Source: an uncultured Bacillota bacterium (GTDB lineage Bacteria; Sysuimicrobiota; Sysuimicrobiia; Sysuimicrobiales; Segetimicrobiaceae). From it: 64,000 nt of DNA. Below are positions 54,580 to 64,000 of the stretch, in pieces. The stretch spans positions 512,001 to 576,000 of the forward strand of contig CAWDRG010000017.1 of NCBI GenBank assembly GCA_963804645.1, in the 5' to 3' direction. Each line of letters opens with the position of its first letter. Positions within the stretch are counted from its first letter, which is position 1. Made by a program: the position numbers and the translations under genes. The notes beneath the pieces are model-generated. The model was not told the DNA's origin, ran no database searches, and was given only the letters and a program-made list of their open reading frames with translations.

Positions 54580-56322
54580 TCACCAGCCGACCGCGTACGC
54601 CAGACGGCGCGGATCCGCGCCGCCGGCCAGCGTCCGCTCTGCCGAGTTCCGCACAACGGCGCACAGCGCGCCGGCCTTCGGCGTCCACTCCGGCCACGTC
54701 TCGACCCGGTGGCCGAGATCGGCGAGCTCGGCGCGGACGGTCTCCGGAATGCGCCCCTCAACGCTGAGCTGCCCCGGGCTGTACGGGTGCGGATGCGAGG
54801 TGGACGGGAAGTTGTAGCTGACGACCCGCGGGTGCTCGATCGCCTCCTGGGCTTCCATCCCGTGGTCGATGATGTTCACAAGCAGCTGCACCATGGCCTG
54901 CGGCTGCGCGTCGAGCCCGGGCGAGCCGTACACCATGAACGTCTCGCCGTCCTTCACGACGAGGCCGGGATTGGGAGACAGACGCGGCCGCTTCCCCGGC
55001 GCTACGCTCGACGGGTGGTCGGGATCCAGCCACGACTGATGGCCGCGCGGCGAGATGATGAAGCCGAGTCCGGGGACGATCGGCGTATCGCGGGCCCCGT
55101 CGCTCGGCGTCGCCGAGAACGCGTTCCCCTCCGCGTCCAGCACGCACAGATAACTCGTATCCGGCGGCACCGCGCCCCCCCGCGGCCGGGGCCGCCCGGC
55201 CGCCATCGCGGGCTTCCGGACCCCGGACTGGTACGCCCAGGGATCTCCGGGCGCCGGCATCTCGCCGGCCGCGCGGTCCATCCGGATCCGCCGCCGCCAC
55301 GCGTCCGCATACCCCTTGGACAGCAGGCCCTCGATCGGCACCGGCACAAACCGCGGGTCCCCGAGGTACGCGTGCCGGTCCGCGAACGCCGCATCGAGCG
55401 CCTCGACGATCAGGTGGAGCGCCCGCGCCGAGTTGTGCGGGATCGCGCCCATGTCGTATCCCTCGAGAATCGTCAGCGCCTGCAGGGCGACCGGCCCCTG
55501 GCACCACGGGCCGCACCCGTACACCTCGTATCCGCGATAGGTCGCGCGAATCGGCGGCTCCACTTCGACCGAGAATTCCGCCATATCCTCGGCAGTCAGC
55601 AGCCCGCCCTGCTCCTGGCAGAACCGCGCGGTGCGCTGCGCGATCTCGCCCTTATAGAAGAGGTCCCGCGCCGCCCGGAGGCCGGCGTGACGGCCCACTG
55701 CTCCGCGCTCCGCCGCGGCGAGCATCCGGAAGGTGCGCGCGAGATCCTTCTGCACGTAGCGCTCGCCCGGCTTCGGCGGCCGGCCGCGGCTCAACAGCAC
55801 CTCCCGCGACGAGGGCCATTGGCCCACCTTGTCGGCGATCCGCGCGATGTTCGCCGCGAGGAACTTGTTGACCGGAAACCCCTGCTCGCACAGCTCGATC
55901 GCGGGCGCCGCGACCTCGGCAAACGACATCGTCCCATAGCGGTCCAGCGCGGTGATCCAGGAGTCGATCGCGGACGGCACGACGGAGGCCAAGATGCCCG
56001 ACGAAATGTCGTTGCCGCGCCGCCGCAGTTCCTCGAGGGTGGCGGCCTTCGGCCACCATCCCAGGCCGCTGATCGTCGCCACCTCGCCGGTCCGCGCCAT
56101 GCGCAGCACGATCGGCGCGACCCCGCCGATGTTGGTCAGGTCGAACTGCAGGACGTTGATGCACAGCCCTGTCGCGACGCCGGCGTCAACGGCGTTGCCG
56201 CCGCGCTCCAGGATCTTGGTCCCGGCCATACTCGCGAGATAGTGCCCCGAGGACACCATGTAGTTTGACCCCAAGAACGACGGGCGTCGCGTGCTGAGCG
56301 ATTCCATCTCAAATCCGATCAT
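54580..56322 (-). CDS. Gamma-glutamyltransferase-family Ntn hydrolase, copy 1
   Basis: GGNAVDAGVA, YGTMSFAEV, FYKGEIA, AFADR-AYLGDP, nucleophile DTSYLCVLDAEGN, APGKRP, GGADPRR. Confidence 0.9.
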   Translation of the reverse strand: MIGFEMESLSTRRPSFLGSNYMVSSGHYLASMAGTKILERGGNAVDAGVATGLCINVLQFDLTNIGGVAPIVLRMARTGEVATISGLGWWPKAATLEELRRRGNDISSGILASVVPSAIDSWITALDRYGTMSFAEVAAPAIELCEQGFPVNKFLAANIARIADKVGQWPSSREVLLSRGRPPKPGERYVQKDLARTFRMLAAAERGAVGRHAGLRAARDLFYKGEIAQRTARFCQEQGGLLTAEDMAEFSVEVEPPIRATYRGYEVYGCGPWCQGPVALQALTILEGYDMGAIPHNSARALHLIVEALDAAFADRHAYLGDPRFVPVPIEGLLSKGYADAWRRRIRMDRAAGEMPAPGDPWAYQSGVRKPAMAAGRPRPRGGAVPPDTSYLCVLDAEGNAFSATPSDGARDTPIVPGLGFIISPRGHQSWLDPDHPSSVAPGKRPRLSPNPGLVVKDGETFMVYGSPGLDAQPQAMVQLLVNIIDHGMEAQEAIEHPRVVSYNFPSTSHPHPYSPGQLSVEGRIPETVRAELADLGHRVETWPEWTPKAGALCAVVRNSAERTLAGGADPRRLAYAVGW

Positions 56323-56400
56323 CTCTCGCCACCTCCGCCCTGCCTCCCTCTCCGTGGGACCCATCCGAGCTCGACGCCGCGGTGCCCCCCGATCGCCCCG

Positions 56401-57945
56401 TCACTTCCACGACGCGTCGTGCATGATCAGCAGCAGGTCCGCCCGCGGCGTCCACTCCAGGTCGCGATTCATCCCGTTGGCATTGGGCGCCGTAAAGAGC
56501 GGAATCGCCGGCGCGTCGGCCTTGAACAGCATCTGCGCCTGGTGCAGCAGCGCCTTGATCTTGGCCGGGTCCGCCGCCTGGTCCGCCTCGTCCAGCAGAC
56601 GCTCGTACTCCGGATCGGCGGGCGACCAGGACGCGACCCCGCCCTGCGTGGTGAAGTTGGCCTCGCCAATCTCGCCCGCGTCGCCCCAAAAGCTCGTGTG
56701 CCGGAACAGGGCGGCGTCGGTCGTCAGCTTCTTGGTCACGAGCTGCTGCACAAGCACGCCGTAGTCCACGATCATCGGCCGGGCGCGCACGGCGACCCGG
56801 CTGAGCTGGTCCGCGAGCGCCACGGTCAGGTCGCGGTCTCCGGGATAGGCGCCCGACGACGTCGCCATCGTCATGTCGAACCCGTTCGGGTACCCCGCCT
56901 CGGCGAGCAGCGCCTTGGCGCGTTCGGGATCGTACGACCACTGCGCGATCGGCGAATCGCAGGCGAACTGCAGCGTCGTACAAAAGGTCGCGATCGGGGT
57001 CCCCGCGTCGTGCATGATGCCGGTCAGGAGCGCCTTCCGCGCGACCGCGTAGTTCAGCGCGACGCGCACCCGCTTGTCCGCGAGCGGCCGGTCCGCGGGG
57101 ATGTTGACGAGATTGAAGTGCAGAAAGAACATCGACAGGCTGGTGCCCTGCACCAGCTTGAGGCGCGGCGAATGCTGGATGGGCTCGAAGAGATCGGGAG
57201 GGATCAGATTGATCACGTCGACCGACCCGGCGAGCAGCTCGGCGAGCCGGGCCGAATCGTTCGGGATGACGCGGACGATGACGTGGGTGATCTTCGGCCG
57301 GCCCCCCCAGTAGTCGGCGTTCGCGGTGAGCTCGACGTGATCGTCCCGCACCCACTGCACCAGCTTGTAGGGCCCGGTCCCGATCGGATGCTGCACGAGC
57401 GCGTCGTCCCCGTTCTTCGCGAGATACGCCGGTGGCACGATCCATGAGGTCACCGCGAGACGCTGCAGAAAGGTGGCCGGGTCGATCGGCCGCGGCGTCA
57501 CGATGCGCACCGTGCCGGGGTCGACCGCAATCACCGAGCTGATCGGAGGATACCAGAGCGCCCGCGACCAGTGCTCCACCGGACTGAGCCCGCGCTCGAT
57601 CGAAAACTTCACGGCCTGCGCGGTGAGGGGCTCCCCGTCCTGGAATCGCACGCCCGGCCGCAGGGTGAACTCCCAGGTCGTGGGGTTGACCTGCGTCCAC
57701 GACACCGCGAGCCCGGGCACGAGGTGCAGGTTCGCGTCGCGGTTGAGCAGCGTTTCATAGATGTTGGCGAGCACGTTGGCGCCGTAGGTCGACGTGGTAC
57801 GGTGCGGATCGCCGTTCGTGATATCCGTGCCCTGTGCGATCACCACGGTGTCCCGGGCCGCGGCGGCCATCCCCGTCGTCGCACCGAGACCCGCGACCAG
57901 CGCCCCAATCACCACCCCGATGCCGATCGATCGCCAGCCGATCAC
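56401..57945 (-). CDS. Peptide ABC transporter substrate-binding protein (family 5)
   Basis: PGLAVSW, FTLRPGVRFQDGEPL, PIGTGPY, DKRVRVALNYAV; paralogue of 52958-54496. Confidence 0.92.
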   Translation of the reverse strand: MIGWRSIGIGVVIGALVAGLGATTGMAAAARDTVVIAQGTDITNGDPHRTTSTYGANVLANIYETLLNRDANLHLVPGLAVSWTQVNPTTWEFTLRPGVRFQDGEPLTAQAVKFSIERGLSPVEHWSRALWYPPISSVIAVDPGTVRIVTPRPIDPATFLQRLAVTSWIVPPAYLAKNGDDALVQHPIGTGPYKLVQWVRDDHVELTANADYWGGRPKITHVIVRVIPNDSARLAELLAGSVDVINLIPPDLFEPIQHSPRLKLVQGTSLSMFFLHFNLVNIPADRPLADKRVRVALNYAVARKALLTGIMHDAGTPIATFCTTLQFACDSPIAQWSYDPERAKALLAEAGYPNGFDMTMATSSGAYPGDRDLTVALADQLSRVAVRARPMIVDYGVLVQQLVTKKLTTDAALFRHTSFWGDAGEIGEANFTTQGGVASWSPADPEYERLLDEADQAADPAKIKALLHQAQMLFKADAPAIPLFTAPNANGMNRDLEWTPRADLLLIMHDASWK

Positions 57946-57991
57946 GGCATCGTCACCTCACCCGCGCGCCGGGTGCCCATCGCCGGCGCGC

Positions 57992-59771
57992 TCACAGCGT
58001 CGTCACGTACGCTTCGCGGCGCGGATCCGCGCCGCCCATGAACACGCCTCGCTCGGAATCCTTCATCACCATGCACACCCCGCCGGCCGACCAGGACCAC
58101 TTCGGCCATTGGTCGATGTCGTGCCCGCGCCTCCGCAGCTCCGCCACGGTCTCCTCGGGCACGCCGATCTCGACCCGCAGCTTGCCCGGCTCGTACTTGT
58201 GCGGGAACGTCGAGGACGGGAACGAGTACGACGCTACGCGCGCCTGCTCCACCGCCTCCTGCGGGTTCATGCCCCAGCGCAGCACGTTGCTGAGCGCCTG
58301 CGTCATCGCCTGCGGCTGCCGGTCGTTCCCCGGCGACCCGAACGCGATGTACGGGATGCCTCCGCGGCAGACGAGCGCCGGGTTCGGTGTGAGCCGGGGC
58401 CGCTTGCCGGGCGCGACCACGTTGGGATTCGCCGGGTCGAGGCTCGACTGCGACCCGCGCTCCGAGATATGCAGGCCGAGCCCTGGGATCACGGCCCCGT
58501 TGGCGTATCCGTCGCTCGGCGTCACCGAAAACGCGTTGCCGTAGCGATCCATCACGGACAGATAGGAGGTGCCCGAGATCTCATCCCCGGCGGTCGCCGC
58601 CCCGCTCGGCTCGGGCGCCGCTGCGGCGGGACGCGGGTATCCCGGGATGTCCCCCGCCGCCGGCATCTCCGGGCACGCCCGTGCCGGATCGAGGCGCGCG
58701 CGGCGCTCCGCGAGATACGCGGGCGACGTCAGGCGCTCCATCGGCACGTCGATGAACCGGGGATCCCCGCAGTACCGCTCCCGGTCGGCAAATCCCAACT
58801 TGAGCGCCTCGACGATGTGGTGCACCGCATCCGGGCCGTTGTGCGGGAACTGCTCCAGCGGCACCCCGTCGAGGATCCCGTTGGCGATCAGCAGCGCCGG
58901 CCCCTGACTCCACGGCCCGCAGCCGTACAGCTCGCAGCCCCGGTACTCGACGCGCCCGGCCGGCTCCTCGGGCGCCTGGAACGACGCGAAATCCTCCTCG
59001 GACAGAAACCCGCCGTTGTGGCGGGAGTACTCCACCATCGCCTTCGCGATCGGCCCGCGGTAGAAGTAGTCCCGGACCGCGTCGAGCCCCTCTTCCCGCG
59101 TGCGCGCGCGGGCGCGCTCCTCGACCTCGCACAGCGCCCGCAGCGTGTTCGCCAAATCCCGCTGCACCACGATGTCGCCGACCTCCGGGGGCTCCCCGTT
59201 TCGAAGGAAGATCTCGCGGTTCGCCGGATGCCGCCGGTAGCTCTCGACCATCGTCATGATGCTGTGGGCCATGAAGTGATGTACCGGGAACCCCTCCGCT
59301 GCGAGCCGGATCGCGTCCGTCGCCACCTCGGAGAAGCGCATCGTCCCGTAGTTGCGCAGCGCCAGCAGCCACGCGTCCGCCGCCGCCGGCACGACGCACT
59401 TGAGACATGTCCGCCGGGATCTTCCCGCCGCGCTCCCGCACGAAGTAGTCCAGCGTAATCGCCCGCGGGAACGGCCCCACCCCGGCGATCGTCGTCACGC
59501 GGCCCGTCGCCGCGTGGTAGAGAATCATCGGCGCAACGCCCGAGAAGCTGCACATGTCGTTGTGGACCACGTTCAGCACCAGGCCCGCGGCCACGCCGGC
59601 GTCGATCGCGTTGCCCCCCGCCGCCAGCACGCGCAGCCCGGCGAACGCCGCGGCGTAGTGCCCCGCCGCGACCATGCCCCCCGTCCCCATCACCAACGGA
59701 CGCGACATCCGCTGCCGCACCGACCACGTCTTCGCCCCGTACGCGGTTTCCTCGTTCACGCTCAGCGACAT
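57992..59771 (-). CDS. Gamma-glutamyltransferase-family Ntn hydrolase, copy 2 (apparent +1 frameshift near 59406)
   Basis: GGNAIDAGVA, YGTMRFSEV, GFADRE-YCGDP, GTSYLSVMDRYGN, APGKRP, GGADPRR. Confidence 0.88.
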
Positions 59772-59817
59772 GACACCCCTCCTCGTGATGCGGTACGACC
59801 GAACGATGGGCCGCGCA

Positions 59818-61005
59818 TCAGCCGAGCGTGCCCAGAGGACGGCTGACCGGATCCATCTTGAAGGCGCGCACCGTCTCCGGGTCGAGACGCATGAAGCGCG
59901 ACGGCTGCAGTTCGGCGAGCGCGTCGTCGCCCTTGCCGCTCAGGGCGTCCGCGACGGCGCGCCCAACCGCCGGCGCCAGCTGAAACCCGTGTCCGGAAAA
60001 TCCCGTGGCCACGTACAGTCCGTCGAGGCCGACCGCCGGGCCGATGAGCGGGACCCCGTCGATCGTCTCGCCCTCGAGGCCGCACCACGACCGCGCGACG
60101 CGACGCGGCGCGAGCGGCGGGAACACCGCGGACGCGACCTCCCAACTTCCGTCCACGTTCTCGGGAAGCACGCGGCAGGTCATCGCGGGCGTCCCGGCCC
60201 CGTCGATCGCGGACGGCCAGCCGCCGCCGATGAAGTACTCGCCGGTCGGGAGCTGCTTCAGCGACAGCCGGCGCCCGATGCCGCTGACCGTCGGCGCCAG
60301 CACCGGCGGCCCGGGGTCGGTGAGCAGCATCTGCGGCGCGCGCGGGGCGACCGGGAGATCGAGGCCGACGTCGTCGGCCACCCGGGGGCTCCACGCGCCC
60401 GCGGCCAGCACTACCCACGCCGCGGTCAGACGCTCCCCATCGAGGGCGACCGTCCGCACCGCGTCACCGGAGCGCTCCAGCCGGACCTCGCGCGCCCCGG
60501 TGCGGTAGCGGACCCCGCGCGCCGCGGCCGCGGCGGCGAACGCGCGTGTCGCCTTCGGCGGATTGGCCTGCCCGTCGCTCGCGCTGTAGGCGCCGAGCTT
60601 GGCCCCCGGGGTGATGCCGGGGGCAAGGCGCTGCACCTCCGCCGCGCCCACGAGGCGCACGTCGAGGCCGGCCGCGCGCTCGCGTGCGACGCGCGCGTCG
60701 AGCACGGGGACATCCTCGTCGCGCTCGACGATGTGCAGATGGCCGCCCTGGCGAAAGTCGAACGCCGTCCCGAGTTCGCGCTCGAGCCCCGGCCAGCGGC
60801 GCGAGGCTTCACGCGTGAGCGGCCACTCGCGCGGATCTCGATTCTGCTGCCGCACGCCGCCGGCGCTCGCCCAGGAGGCGCTCGGCGGCACGGCGGGCTC
60901 GGCGATATCGACGACGACCACCGACACCTTGCGCAGCGCGAGGTGGTAGGCGATCGACGATCCGATGATGCCGCCGCCGACGATCACGATCTCAGAGTGG
61001 GCCAT
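59818..61005 (-). CDS. FAD-dependent oxidoreductase (sarcosine/opine oxidase beta-like, DAO family)
   Basis: IVGGGIIG, ASWASAGGVRQQ, DGQANP, LAAGAWS, TIDGVPLIG, ATGFSGHGFQLAP. Confidence 0.9.
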   Translation of the reverse strand: MAHSEIVIVGGGIIGSSIAYHLALRKVSVVVVDIAEPAVPPSASWASAGGVRQQNRDPREWPLTREASRRWPGLERELGTAFDFRQGGHLHIVERDEDVPVLDARVARERAAGLDVRLVGAAEVQRLAPGITPGAKLGAYSASDGQANPPKATRAFAAAAAARGVRYRTGAREVRLERSGDAVRTVALDGERLTAAWVVLAAGAWSPRVADDVGLDLPVAPRAPQMLLTDPGPPVLAPTVSGIGRRLSLKQLPTGEYFIGGGWPSAIDGAGTPAMTCRVLPENVDGSWEVASAVFPPLAPRRVARSWCGLEGETIDGVPLIGPAVGLDGLYVATGFSGHGFQLAPAVGRAVADALSGKGDDALAELQPSRFMRLDPETVRAFKMDPVSRPLGTLG

Positions 61006-61107
61006 CGCGTGCCTCCCGCAGGCCCGGGGCGAGGGCGTTCACGTCCTCGCGGTCGGGCGTCCTGTCTTCTCGGCGCGACCCGCGCGCTCCTGGCACCGGG
61101 CGCCGGA

Positions 61108-62614
61108 TCACCGGCCGCGCAGCAGCGCGCGGACGGCGTCGCGCAGCGCCGCCGCCGCCTTGTCGACCCGAGCGGCGCGTACCGCGTGTGCCCGCTCCTC
61201 CGCCCGCAGACGGCGCTCCGCCTCTCGGATCATGCGGCGCACTTCCCGCGGCGCCGGACCCCCGGGATGCGCCCGGCCCTCGACCGAGCGCCGCGGATCG
61301 AGCGCGCGGCGCAGCGCGCCCGCGTCGAGCCGGGCGGGGCGACCGACGACACGCCGGGCCACACGGTCCACCAGGTCACCCCCGATCTGGTCGGCGCGGA
61401 GCCCGGCCGCGATGGCCTCGCGCACGACGCCGCCGACCACGTGGTGGGCCTCGCGGAATGACATCCGGCCGCTGCGGACCAGCAGATCGGCGAGATCGGT
61501 CGCCGTGGAGAAGTCCGCCCGGGCGCGCGCCTCGAGGAGCGCCGCGTTCGGCCGCGCCGTCGCGAGCACGAGGTTGAGGAGCACGGCGCACGCCCGCGCC
61601 TCGTCGCGGGCGTGCCACAGCCAGTGCGTGGACTCCCGGTTCCCGTCCACCGTGTTGGTAAAGTTCGTCATCTTGACCGCGGCGGCCATCGAGACGAACG
61701 CCGCCAGCAGGTGCGCCGGCTTCCCCTTGAGGTGCTCGAGCACGACGGGGTTCTTCTTCTGGGGCATGATGCTCGACGTCCCCGCCACGCGGTCCGGGAA
61801 GTCCACGGACCCGAACTCGTGGGTGAACCAGATGTAGCAGTCCTGCGCGAGCCGGCTGCAGGTCGAGCCCGAAGATCGCCCATCCGGCGAGCAGCTCCAG
61901 CGCGAAGTCGCGCGACGCCACGGCGTCGAGCGTGTGCTCGACGATCCCGTCGAACCCCAGCAGGCGCGCCGGCAGCGCCCGGTCGATCGGGAACGTCGTC
62001 CCCGCGAGCGCGCACGCGCCCAGCGCCGAGCGGTTGGCGCTCTCGTAGGCGCCCGCGATGCGCCGCGTGTCGCGCTCGAGCGCGGCGGCAATGCCGACGA
62101 GGTAATGGCCGAACGTCAAGGGCTGGGCGGGCTGCAGGTGCGTGTAGCCCGGCATCACGATCGACGCGTACCGTCGGGCCTGCGCCAGCGCCGTCCGCCG
62201 GGCCTGGAACAGGAGCGGGACATACTCGAGCAGCGTGTCGCGGATCATCAGGCGCGTGATCGTGGCGCCCAGGTCGTTCCGGCTGCGCGCGGTATGCATC
62301 TGCCCGCCGATATCCGTACCGGTGAGCTTGATGACCGCGGCCTCGTAGTTAAAGTACGTGTCCTCCAGCTGCGGGTCCAGGCGGAAGCCCCGCACCCCGC
62401 GGCGCTCGAGCGCCGCCAGCGCGCGCAGGATCTTACGCGCGGCCGGCACGGAGATGATCCGCTGCTTGGCGAGCATCAAGACGTGCGCCCGGTTCACGGC
62501 CGTCATGTGGGCGAAGCTGCTGCCGAACTCCTCGCGGAGGCGCGGGAGATAGAGGTACTCGACCACCTCCGGCGCCGCCGCTTCCGCGAGCCGTTCGGTC
62601 ACCTTGGATTTCAC
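61108..62614 (-). CDS. Argininosuccinate-lyase-superfamily C-N lyase (apparent +1 frameshift near 61860)
   Basis: MHTARSRND, MPGYTHLQPAQP, LGACALAGT, GTSSIMPQKKNP, ATDLAD, FREAHHVVG. Confidence 0.88.
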
Positions 62615-63666
62615 GACGCCACCTCCTCGGCCGGCAGCACCTGCGCGAGCACCCGCCGCATGTTGCCGCCCAGCACCAACCCGACGTCCGCCTCGCTGTA
62701 CCCGCGCGCGAGCAGCGCCTCGATGAGCCGACCGAGCTGCTCGCGGTCGTCGAGATCCTTCGGCCGCTCGGCCAGCACCTGCGCGATCCGCTCGTACGGC
62801 CAGCCCGCTCCCTCAAACATCCGGATCTCATCCCGGTCGGTGCCGAGATCGGTCACGGCCACGTGCTGAATGCCCGCGACCTCAGCGACGTGCTCGAGAT
62901 GCGCGACCAGCCCGTCGATCGGCGTGTACTGGCGGCCGATGAACCGGGGGATGTAGATGAGGCCCAGCACGCCGCCCTTGCCCGCGAGCAGCTTGAGCTG
63001 CGCGTCCGTGAAGTTGCGCGGATGATCAAACACCGCGCGGCTGTTGGCGTGCGAGGCGACCACCGGCTGGTCGCTCGCTTCGACCACGTGCACGAACCCC
63101 GGGTCCGAGATGTGCGAGACGTCGAGGAGGATGCCGAGGCGGTTCGCCTCCTTCACTACCGCCCGCCCGAACCGGGAGAGCCCGCCGCCGGTACGACCCT
63201 CCCGGCGGCCGTCGACCAGCTCGTTGCGCAGGTCGTGGCTCATCCCAAGCACCCGCATCCCCAGGCGGTAGAAATTGCGGAGATGGGCGAGGTTCTGTTC
63301 GAGCGGCCGGCCGCCCTCGAGCGCCAGCACGATGCGCAGCCGCCCGGGCTGCGGCGCTTCGGGCAGGTCCCCTTTCGTCCGCACGATTGAGACCGCGGGG
63401 GCGACCGCGGCGAGTTCCCGCAGGAAGAAGTCCCAGAGCTCCAGCGCCCCGTGCAGGGGGCGCTGGGCGCCGTTCAGGTGCGCCTCCGTGTCCCCGCTGA
63501 CCGCGACCACGAGCACATCGATGCCGGCGCCGGTCAGCTTCTCCAGCCAGTACCGCTGCACCACGCCGCGCTCGCCCCGATTCATGCGGTCCACGAGGGC
63601 GTAGATGTCGGTATGCCCCTTGACGATCACCGTGCTCCCGCGCAGCCGCTCCACGTCACCAGCCAT
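62611..63666 (-). CDS. Membrane dipeptidase (peptidase M19)
   Basis: GHTD, LALEGG, GLSRFG, NRLGILLDVSH, ASHANSR, HPRNFTD. Confidence 0.88.
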   Translation of the reverse strand: MAGDVERLRGSTVIVKGHTDIYALVDRMNRGERGVVQRYWLEKLTGAGIDVLVVAVSGDTEAHLNGAQRPLHGALELWDFFLRELAAVAPAVSIVRTKGDLPEAPQPGRLRIVLALEGGRPLEQNLAHLRNFYRLGMRVLGMSHDLRNELVDGRREGRTGGGLSRFGRAVVKEANRLGILLDVSHISDPGFVHVVEASDQPVVASHANSRAVFDHPRNFTDAQLKLLAGKGGVLGLIYIPRFIGRQYTPIDGLVAHLEHVAEVAGIQHVAVTDLGTDRDEIRMFEGAGWPYERIAQVLAERPKDLDDREQLGRLIEALLARGYSEADVGLVLGGNMRRVLAQVLPAEEVAS

Positions 63667-63687
63667 CGATCAACCTCCTCCTCATCC

Positions 63688-64000
63688 TCACCGCACGTCG
63701 CCGAATCTCGGATCGAGCGCATCGCGCAGTCCGTCCCCCAGCATGTTGAAGCCCAACACCGCCAGCGTGATCGCGAGGCCGGGGAAGATCGAGATCCACG
63801 GCGCCGAGAGGATCGACACGAGCCCGTCGCTCACCATCAGTCCCCACGCCGGCGTCGGGGGCGGCAGGCCGAGGCCGAGGAAGCTGAGGCTCGCCTCAAC
63901 CAAGATCGCCGACCCGATGAGCAGCGAACCCGTCACGATCACCGGCGCCAAAATGTTCGGCAGCACGTGCACGAACATCAGCCGGAGGTCTCCGGCGCCG
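63688..64000 (-). CDS. Peptide ABC transporter permease, DppC-like, 3' part (5' end outside the window)
   Basis: HVLPN, EASLSFLGLG-PPPTPAWG, FPGLAI, FNMLGDGLRDALDP. Confidence 0.9.
   Translation of the reverse strand, partial: GAGDLRLMFVHVLPNILAPVIVTGSLLIGSAILVEASLSFLGLGLPPPTPAWGLMVSDGLVSILSAPWISIFPGLAITLAVLGFNMLGDGLRDALDPRFGDVR

Overview
This is a 64-kb chromosomal window from a very GC-rich diderm bacterium; almost all genes lie on the minus strand. Terrabacteria-like synteny suggests something like Ca. Sysuimicrobiota/CSP1-3, Armatimonadota or Limnochordia, but that is inference only. From 1 to 10.7 kb is an outer-membrane biogenesis locus: an exported biotinyl/lipoyl-fold protein, two SpoIVB/S55-like proteases, TamB, a short sigma-70 factor, a candidate membrane anti-sigma and BamA. 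From 10.8 to 26 kb is a Bacillota-like housekeeping block (wecB, tagO/wecA, prs, glmU, tRNA-Gln, ridA, purR, ispE, rsmA, yabE) with TetR-TolC and LCP insertions. From 26 to 33.6 kb is a propionyl-CoA carboxylase / methylmalonyl-CoA mutase / meaB operon headed by an unusual protein with a C-terminal Hfq-like domain. From 33.7 to 42 kb are a GerMN protein, ligA, a SAM-I riboswitch controlling a ThrC-like enzyme plus sulfur carrier, lgt and two MFS transporters. From 42 to 64 kb is a catabolic island with four peptide-ABC binding proteins, amidases, two divergent GGT-like enzymes, two FAD oxidases, an ArgH-superfamily lyase, an M19 dipeptidase and a split cucumopine-synthase-like gene pair. About 15 single-base frameshifts, some in genes expected to be essential, are most likely sequencing or assembly errors. 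No CRISPR array, transposase, integrase or rRNA was seen. All family assignments come from manual motif recognition; no database search was run.
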